From: Octopus vulgaris
Taxonomy: Eukaryota
Assembly (NCBI GenBank): GCA_951406725.2
Contig: OX597827.1
Location: forward strand, 6,448,001 to 6,512,000
Direction: 5' to 3'
DNA: 64,000 nt
Shown: piece by piece, positions 39,394 to 53,495 of the stretch
Layout of the letters: each line of letters starts with the position of its first letter
Position numbering within the stretch: position 1 is the stretch's first letter
Position numbers and translations under genes: made by a program
The notes under the pieces: model-generated
Told to the model about the DNA's origin: nothing
What the model saw: the letters and a program-made list of their open reading frames with translations, nothing else
The model's database searches: none

Positions 39394-40068
39394 TTGTTCG
39401 AACCCTCTGAACTCCAAGTTCAAGATCCTGTTGAGACCAAATTTGCCTCACATTACTTTCATCATCACCATCATCATGTTAAAATCTACTTTTCCATGCA
39501 TGCATCAGACATCATTTATAGAGACAAATTTTCTTCAACCGGGTGCCCTTCCTGTTGCCAATCCTCACCTATTTCCAAGCAAAGATAATATTCCCCACTG
39601 GCTTAACATGTTCATGCAGAATTTTGGAAACGAATGACACTGTTTGTATGACAATGACACTCATTTACAACTATCATATCATGCCAAAACAAAGAGATAC
39701 AAACATACACATATACACTTACTCCTGTACACATGTACACACATATGTATGCATACTCACATACACACACATGCATGCACACATATTAAACTGGCTTTTT
39801 TCAGTTTCTCTCTTTTATGTCCATTCACAAAGCTCTAGTCAGCCTGAAGATATAGTAAAATATACTTACCCAAGGTGTCACAGAGTGGGATTGAACTTAA
39901 AACCATGTGGTTGGGAAGTAAACTTCTTAACCACGCAGCCACCTCTGCACCAATTTTGGGTTGATAATTAAAATGAAAATCATTCCAATTATGACCACCT
40001 TTTTCTGTATATCAGAGACTACATTGTGTGTGTGTGTCTGTGTGTATGTGTGTGTGTGTGTATGTGTG

Positions 40069-40103
<35 letters not shown>

Positions 40104-40131
40104 GCATATACTTACATTCATAAATAAATAC

Positions 40132-40166
<35 letters not shown>

Positions 40167-40200
40167 ATATAGATATACAAATACATACATGCATACATTC

Positions 40201-40233
<33 letters not shown>

Positions 40234-40960
40234 TATATATTCATAAATATATACGTACACACATGCAGTAAAATAATTAGGGGTTACTCCCACTCTCTCT
40301 CCCTCTCTCCCTCTTTCTCACTCCCCTCTCCCCTTCTCTCTCTCTCCCCTCTTTCATGACATCATCTACATGAAGGAACTAATGAAGCAATAAAGAAGCA
40401 TTCACAAGAATAGGCTTACCAATTCCTTCACACCACCACTCTGTCAGCATGACAAGAAAAAGAGAGAAATTATTCATAAATCAGTTGAAGAGAGCAGTCT
40501 TCTGAGGAGCTGCCAAATCTGGTCAGCTTTGTTGGATCTTTCTGGGTATTGAACAGCAGCAGAGGTTTTGACCAGAACTTTGACAGGAATATTGTTATTT
40601 CAGATATTTTACTTAATTCTTTTGGTATGTGGCACATTCTGCCGAATGCCATTTTCTCTCGTGTTTTAAAGTATTTCTGTTTGACTGTCACTCCATCACC
40701 ATTTTGTAGAGAGAGAGAGTGATATAAAAAGAGTGAGAGAGAGAGTGAGAGTGATTGAAAGAGAGAGAGAGAGAGAGAACATGCTTCTATTGGTGTGATT
40801 TCCTTGTTATTTTTGCTGTTTAAACCAAGGTTAGCTCTAATTGAGCAAACCTATGATGAAAAGCACTCCAATCTTGACCACTTCTTCTTTCTGTATATCA
40901 GGAAATACATTATATATATGTATATATATATATATGTAAAATAAAATACAAAATGGGACA

Positions 40961-40991
<31 letters not shown>

Positions 40992-41029
40992 CATATATAT
41001 ATATGGGGACAATATATATATATATGTAT

Positions 41030-41216
41030 ATGACTGCTGAAATCTACAAGTTTTTCATTCTCACTCAGTTTATTTTCTCTCGTTCTTTTCTGTTGAAGAG
41101 CATAGACTCAAAATGTAAAAGACCTTTTCATTTTTCCTGAGCATCAAACTAATGCACTTGCTTGTTGTTCATACACCTGTCTTCATCTTTACTCAAACAC
41201 ACCATCCTCAAACACC

Positions 41217-41256
<40 letters not shown>

Positions 41257-41340
41257 TCAAACACACCATCCTCACTAATACACCTGCTTGTTGTTCCCTC
41301 ACCTGTCTTCGTCTTTTGTTTTTGTAAATTTTAACTATTT
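41030..41340 (+). mobile_element. Possible Penelope-like terminal fragment with a decayed minimal hammerhead
   Basis: ttgaagag-cataga-ctc-aaaatgta at 41093-41117 is compatible with a CpG-decayed ...CTCGAAACGTA. Embedded in (TA)n. Confidence 0.35.
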
Positions 41341-41354
41341 ATATTTATATGTAC

Positions 41355-41495
41355 ATCATCATCATCATCATTTAACATCCATGCTGGCATGAATTGGACA
41401 GTTTGTCTGGGCTGGCACACTGGAAGGCTGCACCAGACCCCAGTCTGATTTGGCATGGTTTTCTACACCAACCACTTTAAGAGTGTAGTGGGTGC
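41355..41495 (-). mobile_element. RTE 3' UTR fragment with (GAT)n tail
   Basis: Homology to the 14127 and 61850 copies. Confidence 0.7.
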
Positions 41496-41565
41496 ATACA
41501 TACATACATACATACATACATACATACATACATACATACATACATACATACATACATACATACAT

Positions 41566-41596
<31 letters not shown>

Positions 41597-41974
41597 TACA
41601 TACATATGCACACACACACACACATACACTAGGGGCAATTTGCTTGACTAAACCCTTCAAGGTGGAACTTCAACATGGCTGCAGTCCAATGACTGAAACA
41701 GATAAATAAAAGAACATATTAATTCATTAAGCCAAACAGTATTGGCTCTCAGTCTTGATTACATACTTTTACCATTTAGTCAGGGAAGGAATGGCAGTAC
41801 CCACAACCCTTTATTTAGGTCTTCTGAGTTTTGTGACAATAAATGAAAAAGTTATCTTTAAATAAATCTGAATACTTCAATAAACCCCACTAAAGGCACC
41901 CAGGGACCACAGCAAATTATGTTTATGATCCTAATTTCTCATTATCAGAGTCAAAGAGCCCAGAGACAAGCCAA

Positions 41975-42830
41975 AACAAATTACACTCTGTAACAAAATT
42001 TTTATTTCTTCTTGTCTTTGGTCAATAAATGTTATTTCCTATTTACTTCTATCTAGAAATCAAAGGAAATCACTACTATTCCCTTCAAACTTTGCTTTTT
42101 TGACCTGGACATCAATGTTTAGAAAGTGACCTATTTTCCATTACATTTTGCAACCTGGACATCAATGTTTAGAAAGTGACCTATTTTCCATTACATTTTG
42201 CAACCTGGACATCAATGTTTAGAAAGTGACCTATTTTCCATTACATTTTGCAACCTGGACATCAATGTTTAGAAAGTGACCTATTTTCCATTACATTTTG
42301 CAACCTGGACATCAATGTTTAGAAAGTGACCTATTTTCCATTACATTTTCCAACCTGGACATCAATGTTTAGAAAGTGACCTATTTTCCATTACATTTTG
42401 CAACCTGGACATCAATGTTTAGAAAGTGACCTATTTTCCATTACATTTCGTGACCTGGACATCAATGTTTAGAAAGTGACCTATTTTCCATTACATTTCA
42501 GACAGATTCAGCACTGAATAGCAGAAGCAGAAATATCATTATAGCAAATATTTTGCCCAATACTACAGATTTGCTTGTCCGTTGCTTGACCTTACTCATT
42601 TGAGCATGTCCCTTAGTGGCTGACAATATGTGCATCTCTGATCATGAACAGCAGTAGTGGAGGAACATCATAGCCACGTGTTAAAACGGACTCTTTGAGG
42701 TTTGAATAAAGGTAGCAAAAACAAAGTTTGAAGGAAATACTAACCATTTTCCATACTTTCTAGGGGTAAGCAAATGGGAAATAACATTTGCTACCCAAGG
42801 ACAAAAACCGTGTAGCAGTGTTATTTGCCT
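41975..42830. mobile_element. Fold-back/MITE-like element with ~90-120-bp imperfect terminal inverted repeats
   Basis: 42010-42100 is the imperfect reverse complement of 42717-42805 (aaagtttgaagg..aata...ttctag...gaaataacattt...ccaa.gacaa). Confidence 0.65.
42103..42499. repeat. 50-bp minisatellite, 8 near-identical copies
   Basis: acctggacatcaatgtttagaaagtgacctattttccattacattttgca at 42103, 42153 ... 42453. Confidence 0.97.
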
Positions 42831-43857
42831 CAGAAATGTTACAAGGTTTTATATAAGTGTGACCTTTTCCTATGAAAGCTAAGATTGGGTGTCATACTCC
42901 CAGTGGTTCTACAGAGTACCAGACACTAGCCCAGAATTTCTAAGTCCCTGTGCTTATTGCTTCATAGATGTTGACTCTATGCTGGATTCCTCTGTCCTCG
43001 TGACATACATTGTTTCAAGCCTGCTGTGTTTTTAGTAACCCTCCTTGCTAGTCTAGCATGGCGGGGGCGCCAGTTAAGTCTGAACCAAGCATGCAACAAG
43101 TAGTACTGAATTACATTTTACCAGAAGAGCTAACAGAGCGACCTCTCTCTTTCTCTCTATCTGTCTCTCTGACTATCTGTCTATCTGACTGTCTCTCTCT
43201 TTCTCTCTCTCTGTCTTTCTTTGTTTCTCACATGCACACACATACATGCACATGCACACACAAACACTAACACACATAGATACACACACACACATAAGTA
43301 CTTATACATGCATGAATACACGCATACATACACATACACATGCAAACACTAACACACATACACACATACACACATATATATATATAAGTATTCATGCATG
43401 CACACACAAACATATGTTTATAGATGTAAATGTATGTACACATATATACACACATGTATATAAGAAAAATAAATTAAAAAGCCCCATAAATATAAATATC
43501 TATTTAATATAGACATGACCTAAATACTATTTATAATCTAAATTCAGTCAGAACCCATTCTCAGAGTATATATATATATATCGCATAATGATAGACGTAA
43601 GTAAAAGAAATTCTCGAGTAATTTATCTGATAATTTTCTAAATTTAACCATTTTGATTATAAATCTGTCCAAGACAGCCTCAAGTTCTATGGTACAAAAT
43701 GCAAGCTTTGAAAAATAGCATTTTCGTTTTATCACTTGCTAAACAGCTCTGTTCAGTATTAATGAAGCCTGGACAATAAATAGAACCACTAGCAGATGGG
43801 ATAAACACCACTAGACATCACTTTCATTTGCAATTCATACTTGTAGTTTATTTTCTA

Positions 43858-43893
<36 letters not shown>

Positions 43894-43918
43894 AATAATA
43901 ATGATAATAATAATAATA

Positions 43919-44157
43919 ATAGTAGGTGCATTAGGCATGATAAAAAAAATATTCAGACAAATACATAACAAAAACACCAGGACTTACAAACACATATAAC
44001 ATACAGAAAATTGCACTACTAGGCACTGCACACATCCTACGCAGAACACTTTCCATACAATAACCATCAGAGCATCACAACAAATCACAGCACATACCTA
44101 AGGCACACAGAGCTGAGCTTGGTAGTAAAGTGAAAGCACACTATAAAAATAAAACTA

Positions 44158-44160
<3 letters not shown>
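43919..44160 (+). mobile_element. 3' end of an R4/Dong-like RLE LINE inserted in (TAA)n
   Basis: IVGALGMIKK/YSDKYITKTPGLTNTYNIQKIALLGTAHILRRTLSIQ* with one frameshift, flanked by (AAT)n on both sides. Confidence 0.8.
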
Positions 44161-44193
<33 letters not shown>

Positions 44194-44194
<1 letters not shown>

Positions 44195-44739
44195 CCCTGA
44201 TGCAGTACCAGGCAGTGGCTCTCATGGCTTCTGATCTTAACTGATTATCATGTACATTGTTTTGTCTTGGCATAAAAGATGGGCTACAGCAAATATTCTG
44301 CTCAATACCACAGATTTGCTTGTCAGTTGTTTGACCATAATCAGTTGAGCATGTTCCTTAGTGGCTGACGATATGTGCATCTCTGATCATGAGCAGAAGT
44401 AGTGGGAGAGCATCATAGCCATGTGTTGAGGGGGATTCTTTGGGGTTTGAATAATTCACGTCTGGAAACATGGGTGTTTTGTTCAACATCCTTAAACAAC
44501 CCTTATTCAGGGACCTTTTGAGTGGGATGGGTTACTCGACCAGAAGAAGATTCTAACTGGGCCCCCACCTGCAAGGTCATGTGCTGTTTATCTTGATATA
44601 AGATCACCATGTCGTGCACATATGGTTGTGATGCATGTGCCTAGAATACCCTTATCAGATGGGTAGTCATGATGAGTATACTGGGCTTCGTATATTTTAC
44701 CCCAGTGTCACTTTGATGGCATGCACTGCTCTCTCACTC
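44194..44739. mobile_element. Unclassified ~545-bp interspersed repeat bounded by (AAT)n
   Basis: No significant ORF. 44287-44452 is homologous to 42541-42708. Confidence 0.65.
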
Positions 44740-44761
44740 AATAATAATAATAATAATAATA

Positions 44762-45095
44762 ATCATCATCATCATCATCATCATCGCTAGCATGGGTTGG
44801 ACGGTTCAACTGGGGTCTGGGAAGCCAGAAGGCTGCACCAGGCCCAGTCTGATCTGGCAATGTTTCTATGGCTGGATGCCCATCCTAATGCCAACCATTC
44901 CGTGAGTGTAGTGGTTGCTTTTTACATGCCACCGGCACAGGTGCCAGACGAGTCTGGCAAACAGCCACGATCGGATGGTGCTTTTTACGTGCCACCAGCA
45001 CAAGGCCAGGTGGGGCGGCGCTGGCAACGGCCACGTTCAGATGGTTCTCTTACATGTCACCGGCACTGGTATCTCAGCTGCAATTTCCATTGATC
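44762..45095 (-). mobile_element. RTE 3' UTR fragment with (GAT)n tail
   Basis: Homology to 61850-62348. Confidence 0.8.
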
Positions 45096-45104
45096 GATTT
45101 TTCC

Positions 45105-45159
<55 letters not shown>

Positions 45160-45819
45160 TAATAATGATACTGATGATAATGATAATAATAATGTAAAAA
45201 TGGCATTAGAGGAGCGATGTATACCTTGCACGCAGATAAATATTCCATAAATTATAGTGTGGTTTACAATGTGTTGCTTACCCATGCTTTTTAATTGAAC
45301 TGAACTTTTTTTTTGAGTATCACCATTATATGTATCTGTACCCTGGTGAAATTAAGAAATCAACTCGTAAATGAATGAAAGCCTTGAATCCATCAGTGTA
45401 CACACACACATGCAGATGCATGCACACACACAGTGTTGCATAAGTATGTATGTATTTATGTATGCATGTATGTATATATATATGTATGTATGCACATCTG
45501 TCTATGTGCCTAGGTACACCATGATCTATACATACACAAATGAGGGTCAATTCATATCAAAAAGGAAGTGAACAAAATAACCACTTGCTTATTGGGAAAT
45601 TTGTACTTTCAATTAAAAACATTCTTTTTGTTTTTCTTTAAAGATAATCAAAACAAATGTTCATCATTTCAAGTTACTCACCCAATGAGAATTTCTGCCA
45701 AATGGGGTGAAAATTCTTTCAGCCATTTTCCAGTAATTTTGCAAACACACAGACAAACAGGTAAAGACGAGTGATTACAATACTCTGCATTTGCTTACGT
45801 GCACAGGGTAATAATAATA

Positions 45820-46003
45820 ATCCTTTCTACTATAGGTATAAGGCCTAAAATGTAAGGGGAGGGGGTTAATCAATTACATCAATCCCAGTGCATAACTGGT
45901 ATTTATTTCCTTAACCCCAAAAGGATGAAAGGCAAAGTCGACCTCAGCAGAATTTGAGCTCAGAATGTAAAGCAAGATGAAACACCACTAAACATTTTGC
46001 CCA
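45820..46003 (-). mobile_element. Family B SINE (tail 2), 5'-truncated
   Basis: Core aaggatgaaaggcaaagtcgacctc. Confidence 0.8.
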
Positions 46004-46025
46004 TGATGATGATGATGATGATGAT

Positions 46026-46547
46026 GAAGAAACCACATGGCATATTACCAGTCTATGTATGCCACTAGCCCAGAAAGAATATAAGAGACGTCATGACAAT
46101 ATAGCAAGGATTGTCCATTGGACACTTTGCAACAAGTATAGACTTGACAGAGCAAAAAAGTGATATGAACATAAACCCGAAAGCATCATCGAAAATGATA
46201 ATGCAAAGATCCTATGGGATTTTATGATTCAGTGTGACCATGACATAGAGAATAGGGAGCCAGACATAGTGTTAATTGAGAAAGAAAGCAAACGATGCTG
46301 GATCATAGATATAGCATGCCACGCTGACAATAAGGTATGCGATAAGGAAGAAAGAAAAGTCGATAGATATAACAGGTTAGCTTGGAAAGTTAAGCATTTA
46401 TGGTCAATGAAAAAGGTGGTAGTAGTACCAATAAGTGTTGGAGTCCTGGAAACAGGGAGTAAAAGTCTTGAGAAGTACACGTAACAAATAGGGGCTGCAA
46501 TAAGTACATGTAACAAATAGGGGCTGCAGAAAGCAGCACTGCTTGGA
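46026..46547 (+). pseudogene. R4/Dong-like LINE C-terminal fragment with restriction-like endonuclease
   Basis: ETTWHITSLC..KEYKRRHDNIARIVHW...ILWDF...NREPDIVLIEK..WIIDIAC...KVDRY. These are the CCHC remnant, RHD and PD..D motifs. One stop; begins at (TGA)n. Confidence 0.88.
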
Positions 46548-46810
46548 AGGTATGTTGATTAGTGGTTAAGATCTTATACTCGTGATTGTGAGATTATGGT
46601 TTCGATACCCAGACCAGGCAGAACATTGCATTCTTGAGCAAAACACTTCATTTCACATTGCTCTGTAGTCACTTCAACATTTACCGTGTGGCACACAGGA
46701 TACCTGTACAGGTAATGTCGATTTGAGGAAGATGTGAGTTCATGTACAACACAAACGTTTGATCACTGTTAATAAATCATCTGTAAGAAATTTCATAATC
46801 GTCTTTCACA
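46548..46810 (+). mobile_element. Family D-like SINE
   Basis: tagtggttaag...ggtttcgatacc, then ttcttgagcaaaacacttcatttcac. Confidence 0.55.
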
Positions 46811-47204
46811 GAATGAAGAGACGTCCAAGTAGAAGACACTTGGCTAAGGACATCGTTTTAGTTGTTTGACTCCAGGTCAGCCCTGGATTGAGAAGATCTA
46901 TGTCCAAAGACAAACTAACCATGACCCTTTCATACTTTTCTTGAGGAATATGCCTCTAGAAATACATTAGTTGATGTACCTTCCGTTTTCAAGACAGTAG
47001 GATGAATATAGTTTAAGAGAAATTAAGCTGCTATTTCTAGCAGGTCAAGCAACCACATTGAAGCTACATTGAAAGTTGTCATCTCCACATCTCCACATCT
47101 CCAGCATCACAGGGAGTGTTTAATGGTCATTGGTCATTGATATATGTTTATAGAGAGGTATGTACATATAAGCATACTTAGATATAGGCATATCACACAA
47201 CACC

Positions 47205-47822
<618 letters not shown>

Positions 47823-48239
47823 ATATTCTAAACTATCCAAATGCTACCTAAACAAGTATATATATCAAAGAACGAGTCAAATGGGATATGGTAATTCTCT
47901 ATTTATTTAGACTTCATTAACATGTATGTTAGGGACTCTCCTACATCAGAGGGAGCACCTAGTTTAACCTATATTTTAATTCAGGAGGGAAAACATTACA
48001 AATAATTGTCCCTATTATAGGTTTAATGAATAATAATAATATCAAGAATAATGGGACCAACTATTATTATTGTTAGCGGCTCAGGCGTGAATGTCTGGTT
48101 AAGAATTTCACTTCACAATCCTTTGGTTTCAAGTTCGGTCCCCTTGTATGGCACTTCAGTATGCCACTTTAGACCCTGGATAAACTAAAGTTTTGTGCAT
48201 GGATTTGGTTGAGGGAAACTGAAAGAAGCCTGGCATGTG

Positions 48240-48439
48240 TGAGGGGGTGTAGTTCCTGGTTTTGAGTAAAAGAAATTACAGGAGGATCAGTTAATTATGA
48301 TTTTATTCAGCATATCCTTCTCTTAGATTCACACACTTATTGCAGCAGTCCTTCCATTTTTCTAAGCCCTGAAGAAGAACTTGGAAGCCAGGTCTTTTGC
48401 AATACTCTTAAAACCAGGAACTTTTCAGCACCCCCTCAT
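48240..48439. mobile_element. Mariner-type MITE inserted in the (TG)n of an old family A SINE
   Basis: TIRs tgagggggtg..agttcctggtttt / aaaaccaggaacttttcagcaccccctca. The SINE head lies at 48075-48235. Confidence 0.72.
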
Positions 48440-48468
48440 GTGTGTGTGTGTGTGTGTATGTGTGTGTG

Positions 48469-48505
<37 letters not shown>

Positions 48506-48699
48506 TGTGTTTCCTTGTCTTGACATCATGTAATTGCTGTAAATAAATGTCTATTATTGAGGAAATATTACCTTATTAGAGACAATAAAATAAGTGTCAA
48601 TTAAGAACTGAACTCAAAGTAATCAACTTAACTTCTTCCCTCAAAATTGCTCACCTTGTACCAAACATTAGAAAGAATTACAAAGAAAATATTACTCCA

Positions 48700-49495
48700 A
48701 AAGGCAGTGGATTCACAGAATTATTAACGCACTTTACAAAAGATAAAAAAATATTTAGTTACAATATTTTACATTCTGATTTCAAATCACCCCAAGGTCC
48801 ACTTTGTCGTTCTTCCTTCTGTGGTCAGTATAATAAAGTACCAATGAGGTTTTTACGGTCAAGAAACCCCTTGCATCCTTGATTACCAGTCTTCCCTCTC
48901 TCTCTTTCGGAGAGGCACTGAGCAGCTATACGCACACATACACACACAGCAGTAACTCATGCCTACCGAATTCAATCATAAAGCTCTGGTCGGCTCGGGT
49001 GTGAAATAATTATCAGGGGTGGTGGATTGATGGAATTGGTTGAGCATCAGACAAAATTCCTGATGAAATGTGTTCCAGCTCTTTACATTCTGGGTTCAAA
49101 ACCTGCCAAAGTCAACTTTATTTTTCATCCTTTCGGAGTTGATAAAATAAAGTACCAGTCAAATCCTGTATTTAATGTCAGCGATTAATCCCCTCCCATC
49201 AAATCTGTTGGCCTTGTTTCATAAGGCAAAATAATTATAAAAGTTGCTGGATTGGCAAGCATTTAGAATTTGAGACAAAAAGGCGTTGGTAATATTTTGG
49301 GGGCCTTATAAAGGCAGTGAGCTGGCAGAATCATTATCACACCAGACAAAATGCATTTTGTGTCTTTACATTCTGAGTTCAGATTCCACTGAGGTTGACA
49401 ACCTTTCATCCCTTTTGGAGTCAATAATATAAGTACCAGCTGAACACTGAGGTCGATATAATTGGCTTGTCCCTTCCCCAGAATTACTACCCCTA
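48700..49495 (+). mobile_element. Cluster of old family B SINEs
   Basis: Three decayed copies of ttacattctg.gttcaaa...ctttcatcc...ataaaataaagtacca. Confidence 0.65.
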
Positions 49496-49714
49496 CAAAT
49501 TTTACTGTTGTTGTTGTTTTTCTGGTTGTTTTACATGAAATGGCAGTAAGCCAGTCTTCATGGCCAAGGAGGGGAACATTAAATTAACTCCAATGCATAT
49601 TATTACATCTCCACTTTCCTCTCAGTTGTTTGATGATACTAAGTAGTGTGTGTGTGTGTGTATGTGTGTGTTTGTGTGTGTGTGTATGTGTGTGTTTGTG
49701 TGTGTGTGTATAAT

Positions 49715-49745
<31 letters not shown>

Positions 49746-50489
49746 GCATATGTGCATGCATGCATGTAACATATATAAAGTTGTGCACACATACACACAT
49801 ACATATATATCATGAATATATAATATAAATGTGTGCGTGTTGTGTGTATATGTGTGCACACAGATTTCTCTCTCTCTCTCTCTCCTACTCTCTCACTGCC
49901 TCTCTTTTTCTCAGCAACCACCATCCCCATTCCAACAATGACACACATTCATTTGTTTGCAATTTTTTTCTTTTACACAGTTGACGCAATTTAGCTAATT
50001 TGTTTGCATTTTGTTGCATTTGATTCCATTCTTTACTAATATACATTTTATTAATTTACATTTTTATTCTATATATATATATATATATATATTTTCACAC
50101 ATGATCAATAGAGGAGTGGTAAAGGCAAAACACTATTTAGTTTAGCTAACAATTAATTATATTGTTCCAGTCTCCAATCCCATCAGTAATTGATAGATAG
50201 ACTCTACATGAGCAGGGAGGAAGAATTTCAGTGAATTGCAGAAGATTCTGTTATTCATGTGATCTATTTCAGGGCGTGGCAGTTCACAGTCACAGGTTAT
50301 AAGATAGGTCAAGTGAAATGTGTCTCGTTTTTTTTTTCTCCCTGTATATTTAGAAGGATGGGGTGCAGCTCTGAAGTTTTGGGAAACAAAAACTCCTTGT
50401 TAGTTTGTAGCATATGACTGATTATTGCTTACCCTCTTTTCTAACCTGAGTGGGATAATGTCCCCATGATTACTGGCTCATCCCTTCAA

Positions 50490-50520
<31 letters not shown>

Positions 50521-50648
50521 TTATATATATGTATGTGTGTATGTGCATGTGTATGTATGCATGTGTGTGTGTCTGTGTGTCCCAACACTAGTCAACAACT
50601 GGTGCTGGTTTGTTTATGTCTCTGTAACTAAATGGTTCTGCAAAAGAG

Positions 50649-50682
<34 letters not shown>

Positions 50683-50877
50683 TTTAAATGAGGGTGAGAA
50701 ATTAGATATTAATTTAATTAACATCGATTTCACACCAGTGGTCTAGCATATAAAAAAACTGAAAGTTCATTAAAATTGTATTATATACATATATTAGAGG
50801 GTAAGACCATAGTGGATCTATTTCTAGCATAAAGATATCCACATAGTGGTTTCACTCTAATATGTATATATATATAA

Positions 50878-51855
<978 letters not shown>

Positions 51856-51975
51856 GTCTGGCTATGACATTCTCAAAGGGTCTTATTCATACCATTCATA
51901 TTCTTAGCATATCTTTTCAAGCTGTCCTCAATATAGCTCTGTTAAGCTAATGTTTCTAATTCTCTGTGCGTGTAT

Positions 51976-52388
51976 TACTCTTTTACTCTTTTACTTGTTT
52001 CAGTCATTTGACTGCGGCCATGCTGGAGCATCACCTTTAGTCGAGCAAATCGACCCCGGGACTTATTCTTTGTAAGCCCAGTACTTATTCTATCGCTCTC
52101 TTTTGCCGAACCGCTAAGTGACGGGGATGTAAACACACCAGCATCGGTTGTCAAGCAATGCTAGGGGGACAAACACAGACACACAAACATATACACACAT
52201 ACATACATATATATATACATATATACGACAGGCTTCTTTCAGTTTCCGTCTACCAAATCCACTCACAAGGCTTTGGTCAGCCCGGGGCTATAGTAGAAGA
52301 CACTTGCCCAAGGTGCCATGCAGTGGGACTGAACCCGGAACCATGTGGTTGATTAGCAAGCTACTTACCACACAGCCACTCCTGTGCC
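51976..52388 (-). mobile_element. Family A SINE, full length
   Basis: Full homology to the other copies. Confidence 0.92.
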
Positions 52389-52494
52389 TATATGTATATT
52401 TTGTATGTGTTTTTATACACATATCTATTATTAATGTCAATGAATTAATACAACAAACTCTACTGATGTAGATCACCATTTCTGTTAATACTTT

Positions 52495-52497
<3 letters not shown>

Positions 52498-52532
<35 letters not shown>

Positions 52533-52671
52533 TGTGTGTGTGTGTGTGTTTCTGTGTGTGTGTGTGTGTGTTTCTGTGTGTGTGTGTGTGTGTTTGTGTG
52601 TATGTGTGTGTGTGTGCGTGTGTGTGCGTGTGTGTGTGTGCGTGTGTGTATGTGTGTATGTGTGTGTGTTT

Positions 52672-52706
<35 letters not shown>

Positions 52707-52719
52707 TGTGTGTGCGTGT

Positions 52720-52753
<34 letters not shown>

Positions 52754-52768
52754 TTCTGTGTGTGTGTA
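52498..52768. repeat. Long interrupted (TG)n
   Basis: Directly visible. Confidence 0.95.
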
Positions 52769-53495
52769 GTTTCTATGAATTTGGAATTTGAATATGCAAT
52801 TAGTTTAGAGAATCAATATCAATTACACAATTTAATTAATCTAATGAAACATTTCTTTTATTCTGATATGCTCACATCTCTGAGAGGTTTTGAGTAAGGA
52901 AAGTGGAATTTGGGAAAACCAAATAATATTTCAGTCAATGTTCAGAACAAATACAATTTTCTTCTATAGAATTTTAAATTAGATCAGTATTTATGGATCT
53001 CTGAATTAGTAAGGAGTAAACAACCCTAGAAGTTCTACAGCTGAGCCAATAGGGTGCTGGACAGCTAATGAAGGGTCAGTGAATTGAATTCCTGTGATCA
53101 GCACCATGCTTTATTCTTGGTTAAAATCCTTCTAATTCTCAATGGTTTAATTTATTTAATTATAATAAGACAGAGTAAAACTTACTTTGCAAAGCTTCCT
53201 GGCAGTTCTGAATTAAAAATAATTTAGACAAAAATGTCTGAGCCAACAAAGGGATTTCCATGTGATCATTCAATCAGCTAGAAATAGCAGCCAAATTTTC
53301 AACTAACACTCCGAACGAAAATGGAAGGACATATATAAAATAATTTAGTCCAAGATATCCCCCAAAAAGATGAGATGATCATGGTTAGAATTATTTTGAT
53401 TGTGATTGACAATTGTTTAATGAAGGCTAACCTGGAGCTAAACAACAATAGATTGCTTATTGAATTAACTTTCCTTGCTTTGTGTCTGATGGTGT

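Noticed and set aside
40420-40440. Minus-strand 21-nt micro-exon (SGGVKEL) with ag/gtaagc
   Set aside because: It is very short, on the opposite strand to the other candidates and has no further support, so it is compatible with chance.
42103-42499. CRISPR-like regular repeat
   Set aside because: Units are contiguous with no unique spacers, the context is eukaryotic and there are no cas genes. The same applies to 20081-20490 and 55855-56034.
43058-43270. ORF MAGAPVKSEPSMQQ...
   Set aside because: It runs into (CT)/(CA) repeats, with no good donor site or recognisable homology.
44194-44270. HDV-like ribozyme at the start of the 545-bp element
   Set aside because: A possible P1 exists (gccctga/tcatggc), but there is no P1.1 GG, L3 or J4/2 pattern.
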